A stretch of 64,000 nucleotides of DNA from positions 2,462,616 through 2,526,615 of the forward strand of contig OZ245843.1 in assembly GCA_965228875.1 (NCBI GenBank), read 5' to 3'. The position numbers and the translations under genes were made by a program. Below are positions 21,354-32,300 of this stretch, one piece after another. The notes beneath the pieces were generated by a model, which was not told the DNA's origin, searched no databases, and was given only the letters and a program-made list of their open reading frames with translations. The first letter of the stretch is position 1. Every line of letters begins with the position of its first letter. This DNA is from Thalassobaculaceae bacterium (lineage in GTDB: Bacteria; Pseudomonadota; Alphaproteobacteria; Thalassobaculales; Thalassobaculaceae).

Positions 21354-23363
21354 GTGCCTAACGTGGCCGACCCTATCGTACTCCGGGAGCGGATCGAGAT
21401 CGACCCGGACCACCCGCTGCCGGACTTCAACCTGCAGAACGCCGCCGCCTACGCGGCCAAGGCGCGGCGAGAGAACCAGGGCGAGCTGATCGCCTACGCG
21501 TGCGATCCGCGCATCCCGCACCGCCACGACGACCTGGAGACCATGCGGGGTTTCTCAACCGGCGGACTGATGCGGTTCGTCGAATGGGGCGTGGTCACGT
21601 GGCGACCGCTCAACCGTCGTCTCGCCGTCGTCGTCTACGAGAAGCCGGCCGGCGGCCGCGTCAGCGCCCAGCCCTCGGACACCATCGAACCGTTGAGCGA
21701 CGACGCGATCACCCGCAACTTCCTGGTGCCGGCGATGGCGGTGCTGCGCGACATGTCGGCGCGCGGCGTCCCCCATCGGGCGATCCGACCGGACAACCTG
21801 TTCTACTCGGACACCAACAAGCGCCACATCATTCTCGGCGACGCCCTGACCGCGCCCGCCGGGCTGAACAACCCGACCTTCTGCGAGACCCTCGAGCAGG
21901 GGATGGCCGATCCGGTGGCGCGCGGCCGCGGCGGCGTCAGCGACGACCTCTACGCGATCGGCGTGTGCGTCATCTTCCTGCTGCTCGGCCGCAACCCGGT
22001 GCACGACATGCCGGCGGTCGAACTGCTCGAGCGCAAGATCGCCATGAGTTCCTACGCCACGCTGACCGCCGGGGCGCGGATCCAGATGAACATGGTGGAG
22101 CTGCTGCGCGGCCTGCTGGCGGACGAACCGCGCGACCGGTGGTCGGTGCGCGAGGTTGAACTGTGGATCGGCGGTCGGCGCCTGACGCCCAAACAGGCCA
22201 AGCTGCCGGCCAAGGCGGCGCGGCCGCTGACCATCGCGGGCCGGGACCACGACAACGTCCGCTCCGCCGCCGACGCGCTCGGCCGCAACTGGCTGGTCGC
22301 CGGCGAGGTCGTCCGCAGCCAGGACTTCGACAACTGGATCCGCCGCAGCCTGACCGACGAGCGGGTGACCGACGCGGTCAACAAGGTCGTCGGCAGCCAG
22401 AACACCCTGGCGAAGACGCCGGAATCCGAGAATGCGCGGCTCGTCACCCGCGCCTGCATGGCGCTCGATCCGAACGCCCCCCTGCGGCACAAGGGCTTCA
22501 GTTGCCACGTCGACGGCGTCGGTCCCGCGCTGGCCATGCAGTTCGAGCGCGAGGACACGCGCCAGAAGGTGGCCGACTTCATCAACGGCAAGTTCATCGG
22601 TGCGTGGATGTCGCTGCAGACGCGGTCGCGATCCGACCTGAATGAGATGTACGGCGTGTTCGACAAGCTGCCGGTGCCGCTCAACATGGGCGGCGTGGGC
22701 TTCGGGATCGAGCGGGTGCTGTACGAGCTGAACAAGCACCTCCATTGCCTCTCGCCGCTGATAGAGCCGTTCTTCGTGACCACGATCGATCGGCTGATTC
22801 CGGCGATCGAGGGCGCGGCCAAGGGACGGGACCGGCCGCGATCCCCCGTCGACCGGCATATCGCGGCCTTCGCCGCCTCCCGCTCACAGGATGTCGACGA
22901 GCGCTTCCTGCGCCCGCTCTCGGCCAACAACCAGACCGGCACGGAACAGACACTCGCCGCCCTCTCGCTGCTCGGCCGGATCCAGGTCATGGCCAAGAAC
23001 GGCCCGGCGCCGACCCTTGCCGCGTGGTTCGCCGAGCTGATGGAGCCGGCGGTGAACAGCTTTCACAATCTCAAGCAGCGCAAGGCGATCGAGGCCAGCG
23101 TGGCGCGCGCGGCCGAGACCGGTATGCTGATGGAACTTCAGTCGATCTACGCCGATCAGAAGTCGATCCAGCGCGACCAGCAGGGCTATTCCCAGGCGCA
23201 ACAGGAACACCGCTACTGCGGCGCGCAGATCGAGCAACTCACCCTGGAACTGAACAATAGGGAGCATATGGCGACCGAACTCGGCGAACAGGTGGCCGCC
23301 GTCGCCTCCGGGGTGATCGGCAGCCTCGGATCGACCGCCGTCATCGTCATGTACATGTTCTGA
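21354..23363 (+). CDS. Protein-kinase-like (probable pseudokinase) with C-terminal membrane anchor
   Basis: Kinase-like 'HRAIRPDNLF', 'DDLYAIGV', 'ELLRGLLADEPRDRW'; coiled-coil-like segment followed by a hydrophobic C-terminus. Start is at 21354 or 21363. Confidence 0.75.
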   Translation: MPNVADPIVLRERIEIDPDHPLPDFNLQNAAAYAAKARRENQGELIAYACDPRIPHRHDDLETMRGFSTGGLMRFVEWGVVTWRPLNRRLAVVVYEKPAGGRVSAQPSDTIEPLSDDAITRNFLVPAMAVLRDMSARGVPHRAIRPDNLFYSDTNKRHIILGDALTAPAGLNNPTFCETLEQGMADPVARGRGGVSDDLYAIGVCVIFLLLGRNPVHDMPAVELLERKIAMSSYATLTAGARIQMNMVELLRGLLADEPRDRWSVREVELWIGGRRLTPKQAKLPAKAARPLTIAGRDHDNVRSAADALGRNWLVAGEVVRSQDFDNWIRRSLTDERVTDAVNKVVGSQNTLAKTPESENARLVTRACMALDPNAPLRHKGFSCHVDGVGPALAMQFEREDTRQKVADFINGKFIGAWMSLQTRSRSDLNEMYGVFDKLPVPLNMGGVGFGIERVLYELNKHLHCLSPLIEPFFVTTIDRLIPAIEGAAKGRDRPRSPVDRHIAAFAASRSQDVDERFLRPLSANNQTGTEQTLAALSLLGRIQVMAKNGPAPTLAAWFAELMEPAVNSFHNLKQRKAIEASVARAAETGMLMELQSIYADQKSIQRDQQGYSQAQQEHRYCGAQIEQLTLELNNREHMATELGEQVAAVASGVIGSLGSTAVIVMYMF

Positions 23364-23404
23364 CCGCCGCCCCACCCCATCAAGTTTAGGACGATCCGCG
23401 CTCT

Positions 23405-23884
23405 ATGGCCGCCACCTCCGCCAGTTCCGCCGCCACCAAGACCATTCTGTTCGTGCTGGTCGCCGGCGGCGCGGTCCTGTTCCTGCCCTCGGTTCTGATC
23501 CTGGGGATCGGCATGACGCCGACGCTTGCCGCCATGCTGACCGACCGACGGCGGGAGAAGTACGCGACGCTGTGCGTCGGCTGCATGAACTTCACCGGAG
23601 TCCTGCCGTTCATGGTCGAGCTCTGGACCCAGGAGCATTCCTACGACAACGCTTTCCGCCTGATCGCCGATCCGTTCACTTGGCTGGTGATGTTCGGCGC
23701 GGCGGCGATCGGCTGGGCGATCTATTTCGTCGCGCCGGGAATCGTCGGCATGTTCATCGCCATGCGCGCGGACCAGCGGGTCGAACGCCTGCGACGGCGG
23801 CAGCGCGACCTCGTCGAGGAATGGGGTCCCGGCGTGGCCGGCAGCGGCGACCGCAAGGACGGCGACAAGCAGCAGGGGTCGTAG
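23405..23884 (+). CDS. Hypothetical membrane protein
   Basis: Several hydrophobic segments and a basic C-terminal 'RLRRRQRDLVEEWG'; immediately downstream of the kinase-like gene. Confidence 0.75.
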   Translation: MAATSASSAATKTILFVLVAGGAVLFLPSVLILGIGMTPTLAAMLTDRRREKYATLCVGCMNFTGVLPFMVELWTQEHSYDNAFRLIADPFTWLVMFGAAAIGWAIYFVAPGIVGMFIAMRADQRVERLRRRQRDLVEEWGPGVAGSGDRKDGDKQQGS

Positions 23885-23917
23885 AAGCGGAGCCGGTCTG
23901 CCGGCCCCGGCGGCGGA

Positions 23918-24817
23918 CTACCGTCGATCCTGCAGCAGCTTCTGCTCCATGGCGGCGTTCTTGATGGCCTTCTGCAGCTTCTCGAACGCCCGCACCTCGA
24001 TCTGCCGCACGCGTTCGCGGCTGATGCCGTACTCCTGGCTGAGATCCTCCAGCGTGGTCGGATCGTCACGCAGCCGACGCTCGGTCAGGATGTGGCGCTC
24101 GCGGTCGTTGAGGGTTTCCATCGCCGCGTTCAGCAAAGCGCGGCGCTTCTGCAGCTCCTCGTCCTCCGCCAGCCGCGTTTCCTGACTGACCTGGTCGTCG
24201 TCGACCAGCCAGTCCTGCCACTCGCCCTCGCCGTCGACGCGCAGGGGCGCGTTCAGCGAGTGGTCCGGGCTCTGGAGACGGCGGTTCATGGAAACCACGT
24301 CGGCCTCGCTGACCGACAGCTTCTCGGCGATTGCGGTCACCTTCTCCGGCGCGAGATCGCCATCCTCGATGGCCTGCATCTGCCCCTTGAGCTTGCGCAG
24401 GTTGAAGAACAGCTTCTTCTGGGCGGCGGTCGTTCCCATCTTCACCAGCGACCAGGAATGCAGGATGTATTCCTGGATCGAGGCACGGATCCACCACATG
24501 GCGTAGGTCGCCAGACGGAAGCCGCGCTCCGGATCGAACCGCTTGACCGCCTGCATCATCCCGACATTGCCTTCCGAGATGAGTTCGGCGACCGGCAGCC
24601 CGTAGCCGCGATAGCCCATGGCGATCTTCGCCACCAGACGCAGGTGGCTGGTGACCAGCTTGTGAGCCGCCTCGGTGTCGCCATGCTCGCGCCAGTTCTT
24701 GGCGAGCATGTACTCCTGCTCCGGCTCCAGCATCGGAAACTTGCGAATTTCCTGCAGGTAGCGCGACAGGTTGCCTTCGACACTGATGGTTGGCAGCGTG
24801 TTGCCGCTCGACGCCAT
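23918..24817 (-). CDS. rpoH: RNA polymerase sigma-32 factor
   Basis: RpoH box 'QKKLFFNLR', 'SHLRLVAKIA', 'YAMWWIRA', 'SRERVRQIE'. Confidence 0.97.
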   Translation of the reverse strand: MASSGNTLPTISVEGNLSRYLQEIRKFPMLEPEQEYMLAKNWREHGDTEAAHKLVTSHLRLVAKIAMGYRGYGLPVAELISEGNVGMMQAVKRFDPERGFRLATYAMWWIRASIQEYILHSWSLVKMGTTAAQKKLFFNLRKLKGQMQAIEDGDLAPEKVTAIAEKLSVSEADVVSMNRRLQSPDHSLNAPLRVDGEGEWQDWLVDDDQVSQETRLAEDEELQKRRALLNAAMETLNDRERHILTERRLRDDPTTLEDLSQEYGISRERVRQIEVRAFEKLQKAIKNAAMEQKLLQDRR

Positions 24818-24881
24818 GCGGTTTCCTTCCCAACGGGAGTCAATGGTTCAGGCACGGGAATCCCGTCCCCGCATGATTAAT

Positions 24882-24909
24882 ATTTAGGATGCAAGATGGC
24901 GATTTGAAG
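24882..24909 (-). promoter_or_regulatory. Putative sigma-32-type promoter upstream of rpoH
   Basis: Minus strand reads CTTCAA-N15-CCTAAAT, resembling the alphaproteobacterial RpoH consensus CTTGAA-N15/16-CCTATAT. Confidence 0.45.
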
Positions 24910-24917
24910 GCATGCGG

Positions 24918-25952
24918 TCAGCCACCCGACAGGACCGCGAGAAGGTCCCGCAGATCCGCCGGCAGCGGACTCTCGAAGCGCAGCGCCTCTCCGGTCACCG
25001 GATGCTCGAAGCCGAGCACCGCGGCATGCAGGGCCTGACGGGGAAACGCCGCGGCGGCGGCGCGCGCGCTCTGCGGCAGCCGGGTGAGCCGTGCCCCATG
25101 GCCGCGCCCGTAGACCGGGTCGCCGATCAGCGGGTGGCCGATATGGCTCATGTGAACCCGGATCTGATGGGTCCGGCCGGTCTCGAGCCGGCACTCGACG
25201 AGCGCCGCGCCGTCGAGCCGGTCGAGGGTGCGGTAATGGGTGATCGCATGACGCCCGCGTCCTTCCGCCACGACGGCCATGCGCTTGCGGTCCCGGGGAT
25301 GGCGGGCGATTGCCGCATCGACCCGGCCGGACGGCGGAACCGGATGACCGAAACAGAGAGCGAGGTAGGCCCGGTCGATGTCGTGATCGGCGAAGCGGGC
25401 GGCCAACGCCGCATGGGCCCGGTCGGTCTTGGCGACGACGAGCAGGCCCGACGTGTCCTTGTCGATGCGGTGGACGATGCCGGGCCGCCGCACCCCGCCG
25501 ATGCCGGAGAGCGACGCGCCGCAATGGGCGATCAGTGCGTTGACCAGGGTATCGCGCGGCGAGCCCGGCGCCGGATGGACGGTCATGCCGGCGGGCTTGT
25601 CGATCACGATCAGTTCGCCATCCTCGTACACGACGGCCAAGGGCAGGTCCTGGGCCTCGGGTTCGGCGGGCTCCGGCGGCGGCACGGCGATGCGGTAGAC
25701 CTCGCCCGGTTTGACCGCGGCCGAGGGGTCGGTTATCGTCCCTTGCCCGTCGCTGACATTTCCTTTCTGTATCAATGACTTCAATCGGCTGCGGGAAAGC
25801 GGAGCCACGGGGTCCCGCCGGTCCAGGGCGGCAGCCAGCCACCGGTCGATCCGGTCGGCGGGCAGATCGGCCAGGAGTTCGGCGGACGCGGCGATCACCA
25901 GCGGGTCCGACCCCGGATCGCCGGAATCACAGTCAACGGAATCATCGGTCAT
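24918..25952 (-). CDS. rluD: RluA/RluD-family 23S rRNA pseudouridine synthase
   Basis: S4-like 'RIDRWLA...SRSRLKSLI', 'DKPAGMTVHP', catalytic 'RPGIVHRIDKDTSGL', 'LETGRTHQIRVH'. The start codon is uncertain. Confidence 0.9.
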   Translation of the reverse strand: MTDDSVDCDSGDPGSDPLVIAASAELLADLPADRIDRWLAAALDRRDPVAPLSRSRLKSLIQKGNVSDGQGTITDPSAAVKPGEVYRIAVPPPEPAEPEAQDLPLAVVYEDGELIVIDKPAGMTVHPAPGSPRDTLVNALIAHCGASLSGIGGVRRPGIVHRIDKDTSGLLVVAKTDRAHAALAARFADHDIDRAYLALCFGHPVPPSGRVDAAIARHPRDRKRMAVVAEGRGRHAITHYRTLDRLDGAALVECRLETGRTHQIRVHMSHIGHPLIGDPVYGRGHGARLTRLPQSARAAAAAFPRQALHAAVLGFEHPVTGEALRFESPLPADLRDLLAVLSGG

Positions 25953-26340
25953 GTCAGGCACCATAGGCGAAGGCCCAACCGGCGAGAAGCGACGCGAGGT
26001 GCCGTATCTCGGCGTCGTCAAGATCGCAAGCGTGGTCATGGGCATCATGATCGTCGTCGGCCTCGCCGTGATCGGCGTCACGATCGCCAAGCGGCTGTCC
26101 GGGGCGGGCGACTCGTCGGCCGAACAGCTGCCCGCGGCGACCGCCGTCGGTGCTCCGCAAGCCGTCGGCGATCACGACATCGCCCTGCCGCGCGGCGCGC
26201 GTCTGATCGGCACCGCGCTCGACGGCAACCGGCTGGCGCTGCGGCTGGAACTGGTCGACGGCCGGGCCGCCATCCTGCTCGTGGATGCCGGGACCGGCGC
26301 GCGGCTCGGCCTTCTGACACTCACGCCCGCCGCCGACTGA
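25951..26340 (+). CDS. Small hypothetical single-pass membrane protein
   Basis: ATG at 25951 within ORF 25711..26340; one TM segment 'VVMGIMIVVGLAVIGVTI' followed by 'IALPRGARLIG...ILLVDAGTG'. Confidence 0.65.
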   Translation: MSGTIGEGPTGEKRREVPYLGVVKIASVVMGIMIVVGLAVIGVTIAKRLSGAGDSSAEQLPAATAVGAPQAVGDHDIALPRGARLIGTALDGNRLALRLELVDGRAAILLVDAGTGARLGLLTLTPAAD

Positions 26341-26385
26341 CGGGGCGAACGCCCGGCCCGGGCGGGTCTGCCCGGACCTGAGCGA

Positions 26386-29300
26386 TCAGAAGAACTGGAA
26401 CATGTCGGAGCTCAGCTGCGACGTGGTCACCCCGACGATCCGCACGAAGTTGTTGGAGCCGAGGTCGATCTCGACATTGCCCTCGGCGCTGTCCGTTGCC
26501 GCCGCCAGAACGTCGGCGAAGCTGGCGATGCCGGAGCCGTTGACGTTGGACGCGATGTGGATGACGTCGCCCGACAGCGAGTCGAAATCGACGACCACAT
26601 CATACCCGTTCGACGCCTCGATGTAGATCGCGTCGCTGCCGGAGCCGGTGTAGATCCAGTCGATGCCCTCGCCGCCATAGATGACGTCGTCGCCGTCGCC
26701 GCCACCGAGCACGTCGATCCCGCTGCTGCCGCCCGCGAGGCCGCCATACAGCGTATCGTCGCCCGCGCCGCCGGCCAGGTTGTCGTCGCCGACGCCGCCG
26801 TACAGGACGTCGAAGTCGCCGCCGCCCGACAGGGTGTCGTCGCCCCCTCCACCGCTCAGGACGTCGTTCTGAAGGTTGCCCGCCAGGACGTCGTTGCCGG
26901 AACCGCCGTAGAGCAGGTCGTCGCCCTGGCCGCCGAACAGGGTGTCTTCGCCAAGCTGGCCGGACAGGCTGTCGGAGCCGAGGTTGCCGTAGACCACGTC
27001 GTTGTCCTGGCCGCCGAACAGCGTGTCGGAATCCTGGCCGCCGTAGAGCGTGTCGTTGCTCTGGTTGCCATAGACCACGTCGTTCTGCGCGTTGCCGTAG
27101 GCGACGTCGGATCCCATGCCGCCGATCGTCGTGTCGTCGCCGGTGCCGCCGAACACGCTGTCGTCGCCCGCCTCTCCGGCAAGGACGTCGTCGCCGGAGC
27201 CGGACCCGACCGTGTCATTGCCGGATCCGCCATAGAGCGTGTCATTGCCCTCGCCGAGCGAGATGAACTGGTTGCTGTCGTCGGCGGTGACGTAGTTGGC
27301 GCCGGTACCGCCGGTGACCGTCGTCGAGCCCATGATGCTCGCGAACTCGATGTTGTCGAGCTGCAGGCTGGTCCCGCTCGGCAGCGAGCGCATGTCGATG
27401 ACGAACGCCTCCGACTGGGTACTGCCGTCGGCCGCCGACGTCCCGGTGATGACGATCGGCGAACTCAGCGATGTCGAGGTCGAGGTCGGAATGATCGTCC
27501 GCACGTCGAGCGTCGTCGTCGCCGCGAGGTTGTTGAGGAAGGTCTGGGCGCCGGAGATCAGGTCGCTCTCGGCGGTGGAATCGCGGGCATCGACCGCGTT
27601 CACCAGCGTGGTGAGCGCGTCCGTCGTGCTCTGCGCGGTCGACGGCCCCTCCGAGGAGATCGAGGTCGACGGCGGCAGGGTCGCGGTGACCACGTTGCCG
27701 TTGTTGTTGGTGTTCTCGACGATCGCCGCCGACGCGTTCGTGGTCGTCGACGTGTTCTGGACCGTCTGGGTCTGGGTGGTGGTGGTCGACCCCGTCGTGG
27801 GATTGGTCGTGGTGGTCGTTGTCGTGGTGCTCGTCGCCGGCACGGTGGTGGACGTGTCCGAACCGCTGCCCGAGCCGGAGCCGCCACCGCCGCCGCCGGA
27901 GTTGTTGTCGTCCTGCTGCTCGACGCCGATGGTCAGGCCCAGGGCCGGCGAGTCCGCGGATGCGTTGCCCGCCTGGTCGACCTCGCGGATGGTGATGGCA
28001 TAGGAACCGGCGGTCAGCGAGCTCGCCGTCACCTCATAGGTCCCGCCCGGATTGGACGTGAAGGAACCGACGGTGGTACCGCTCGCCAGCAGGACGTGCA
28101 CCGTACTGCCGCTCGTGTTGGATCCGGTGAACGTCGGCGTCGCGTCCGTCGTGTTGTTGTCCGTACTGCTCGGACCGTTGTCGCTCGCCGCGGTCAGGTC
28201 CGGGGTGGCGAGGGTACCCGGCGCCGCCGGCGCCGTGAGGTCGAGAACGACGTTCAGCGTCGCGCTCGCCGGGCCGTCATTGCCGGCGATATCCTCGGCC
28301 TTCGCCGTGACGGCCTGAGTCCCAGCGGCGAGCGTCGCCGCGGTGAAGGTCCAGGCGCCGGTCCCGCTCGAGGTCACGCTGCCGACCGTGGTGCCGCCGA
28401 TCAGGATGTGCACGAGGGAATTGGCAAGCGCACCCGTGCCGGTGAATGTCGGGGTGCTGTCCGACGTGACGTTGTCGGTATTTGAGGAGCCGAGGTCGCT
28501 CGACGCGATCATGTCCGGCGCGCCGACCGTGCCCGGCGGCGTCGTGTCGATGACGACGCCCAGCGCGGTCGAGACCGGACCGGCGTTGCCGATCGCATCG
28601 GTCGCCTGCACCGTGATCGCGTAGGATCCCGCGGCCAGCGTATGGGTGTAGGACCAGGACCCGCCGGATGCGGTAACGACGTTCGCCGTCGAATTGCCCA
28701 CCAGAATGCTGACCCGGTCGCCGTCGGTGGCCGACCCGGAGAACTGCTGCGTGGTGGCGCTGGTGATGTTGTCGCTCGACGAGATGCCGAGATCGCTCGC
28801 CGCCAGCAGGTCCGGCGTGGACAGGGTGGTCGGCGCGACCGTGTCGACGACCATGTTCAGCGCGCTCGACGCGGCGCTGGTGTTGCCGGCCGTGTCGGTC
28901 TGCAGCACGGTGATCGCGTAGCTACCGTCCGCCAGGGTCGTGGTCACCGTGAACGACCAGTTGCCGGCACCCGTCGCCGTCGCCGCCCCCAGCGTCGAGC
29001 CGTTCGACAGGATGTGGACGATCGCGCCCGCGTCGGCGCTGCCGCCCCCGAAGGTCGGCGTGCTGTCGCTCGTGATGTTGTCGGTGTTGCTCAGCCCGGT
29101 GTCGCTGGCGGCGACCAGATCCGGGATCGCCAACGTCGCCGCGACGGTGTCCACGACAACCGTCAGGGCGGCACTGGCCGGGCCGCTGTTGCCGGCGGTG
29201 TCCTGGGCGAGGGCGGTGATGACGTTGCTGCCGCTGCCCAGCGTCGCCGTGAACGTGAACGTCCACGCGCCAACGGCCGACGCGGTCACAACCCCCTGGG

Positions 29301-32300
29301 TCGAGGCGCCGAGCAAGATCTGCACCAGGCCATTGGCCAAAGCCCCGGTGCCGGCGATCGTCGGCAGCGCGTTGTTGGTGATGTTGTCGGTGTTGCTGGT
29401 GCCGCTGTCGCTCGACGCGATCATGTCCGGCGCGCCGACCGTGCCCGGCGGCGTCGTGTCGATGACGACGCCCAGCGCGGTCGAGACCGGACCGGCGTTG
29501 CCGATCGCATCGGTCGCCTGCACCGTGATCGCGTAGGATCCCGCGGCCAGCGTATGGGTGTAGGACCAGGACCCGCCGGATGCGGTAACGACGTTCGCCG
29601 TCGAATTGCCCACCAGAATGCTGACCCGGTCGCCGTCGGTGGCCGACCCGGTGAACTGCTGCGTGGTGGAACTGGTGATGTTGTCGGTACTGCTGATGCC
29701 GAGATCGCTCGCCGCCAGCAGGTCCGGCGTGGACAGGGTGGTCGGCGCGACCGTGTCGACGACCATGTTCAGCGCGCTCGACGCGGCGCCGGTGTTGCCG
29801 GCCGTGTCGGTCTGCAGCACGGTGATCGCGTAGCTGCCGTCCGCCAGGGTCGTGGTCACCGTGAACGACCAGTTGCCCGCACCCGTCGCCGTCGCCGAAC
29901 CCAGTGTCGAGCCGTTCGACAGGATGTGGACGATTGCGCCCGCGTCGGCGCTGCCGCCCCCGAAGGTCGGCGTGCTGTCGCTCGTGACGTTGTCGGTATT
30001 GCTCAGTCCGGTGTCGCTGGCGGCGACCAGATCCGGGATCGCCAACGTTGCCGCGACGGTGTCCACAAGGATGGTGAGCCCGGCGCTCGCCGGACCGCTG
30101 TTACCGGCGGTGTCCTGGGCGAGCGCGGTGACGACATTGCTGCCGCTGCCCAGCGTCGCCGTGAAGGTGAACGTCCACGCCCCTACCGCCGACGCGGTCA
30201 CAACCCCCTGGGTCGAGGCGCCGAGCATGATCTGCACCAGGCCGTTGGCCACGGCTCCGGTGCCGGCGATCGTCGGCAGCGCGTTGTTGGTGATGTTGTC
30301 GGTGTTGCTGGTGCCGCTGTCGCTCGACGCCAGCAGGTCGGGCGTGTTGATCGTGCCCGGCGGCGTCGTGTCGATCACCATGCCGAGCGCCGTGGATGCC
30401 GCCCCCGCGTTCCCCGCCGTGTCGGTGGCGAAGACCGTGATCGCGTAGCTGCCGCTGCCCAGCGTCGCCGTGTACGACCACGACCCGCCGCTGACCGCGA
30501 CGTTGTTCAGCGTGGACGTGCCCGCGAGAATGGTGACGGTTGCCGCGTCCGCCGCGCTTCCCGTGAGCTGCTGGGTGGCGGAGCTGGTGATGTTGTCGGT
30601 ATTGCTGACGCCGAGATCGCTTGCCGCCAGCAGATCCGGGGTGGCGAGGGTCGTGGGCGCCGTGGCGTCGACGACGACGCCGAGCGCGGCCGACGCGGGG
30701 CCCGAATTCCCCGCCGTATCGGTTGCCAGCGTGGTGATCGCGTAGCTGCCGTCGCTCAGGGTGGCGGTGTAGCTCCACGAGCCGGTGCCCGACACCGTGG
30801 CGATACCCACCGTCGAGTTGCCGACCAGGATGCTGACGATGTCGCCCGCCGAGCCGGCGCCGGTCAACTGAAGGGACGTGGTGGAGGTGATGTTGTCGGT
30901 GTTGCTGGACCCGAGGTCGCTGGCGGCGAGCAGGTCGGGCCGGGCGAGCGTCGACGGCGCGGTGCTGTCGACGAGGACGGTCAGCGCCGTCGAGGCCGGG
31001 GATTCGGCCGAGCCGGTATCCTGCACGGCGGTGATGACGTTGGAGCCCTGCGCCAGGGACCCGGCGAAGGCGAAGGTCCAGTTGCCGGAACCGTCGGCCG
31101 TCACCGATCCGACCGTGGTGCCGCCGACCAGCACGTGGACGGTGTTGCCCGCGGTCGCGCCGGCCCCGGTGAAGACCGGCGCGGTGACGTTGGTGATGTT
31201 GTCGGTGTTGCTGGTCCCGCTGTCGGAGGCGGCGAGCAGGTCCGGGGTGCCGAGTGTGGGGACCACCTCGGCCGTCTCGGTGAAAATGATCGTGTCGAAG
31301 CCGAGAGCCTGATCCGTACCGGAGTAGGTGACCGTGAAACTGGTGATACCGGTCCAGTTCAGGTTCACCGTCGTGCCTTCATACCCGTCTTGCTCGACGA
31401 AGTTCACGCCGCTGACGGTGACGTTCGAGTTGCTGCCGCCGGTCGGCGTGAAGGTGAAGGTCCCGTTGTCGATGGCCTGCGCATTGGCGCCGAACACCAC
31501 CATGCTGGTGATGCTCTGCCCGTTGCCGCCGGGATTGGAGAAGGAGAAGGTGTAGGTCGCCTGCGCGACGTTCTGCAGCGCCGCGTTGCCGGTCGAGCCT
31601 CCGCCGCTACTGCCGCCGGCGTCGGGGTCGGTCACCAGCCAGTTTCCGGCCCCACCGCTATGGGTCATCGTCAGGGTGACGGAGTTCGTATCGGTGGCAG
31701 TTGTGGTCAGCGTCTGTGTGCCGCCGGTGGCGGTCGTGAAATCAAAGGTGGCCAGCCGGCCCGGATAGGCGGCCATCGCCTCGGCGGTGAAGGCCGACCG
31801 ACGGCCGGCGAAGAAGGACCAGTCGGCGTCGAGAGCGGCGCTGCCGACCGGGCGGTCCGAGGCGGTCACCCGCGCACCGGTGGCCGCGGCGAGCCGATCG
31901 ACGAACGCCGCGCCCTCCGCCCCGGCGGCGACGGAGCAGCCGTAGAGCACGATCTCCGCATCGTCGGCCAGGACCCGGCTCAGCGCCGCCACCAGCGCCG
32001 GCTGCCCGTGCAGCGTCGCCAAGGTGATCGGCCCCGACGAGAGCGCGATCTCGCCCGGCGCGCCGTGGGACAGAATGTGCAGGGACCGGATGTCCGCGTG
32101 CCCGGCCAGCGCCGTCACGACCGCCGCGAGACCGTTACCGGTGCTCCCGGCGCCCGGCAGTTTGGCGCCCGACAGGTTGGCGTCCGACAGGTTGGCGTCC
32201 GGCAGATCCGCCGCGGGCAGGTCGACAGTCGTCCAGCCCGGCGCCAGTCCTTCGGTCAGAACGCGGGCATCTGTGACCCCGGGATCGACAAGAACGATCC

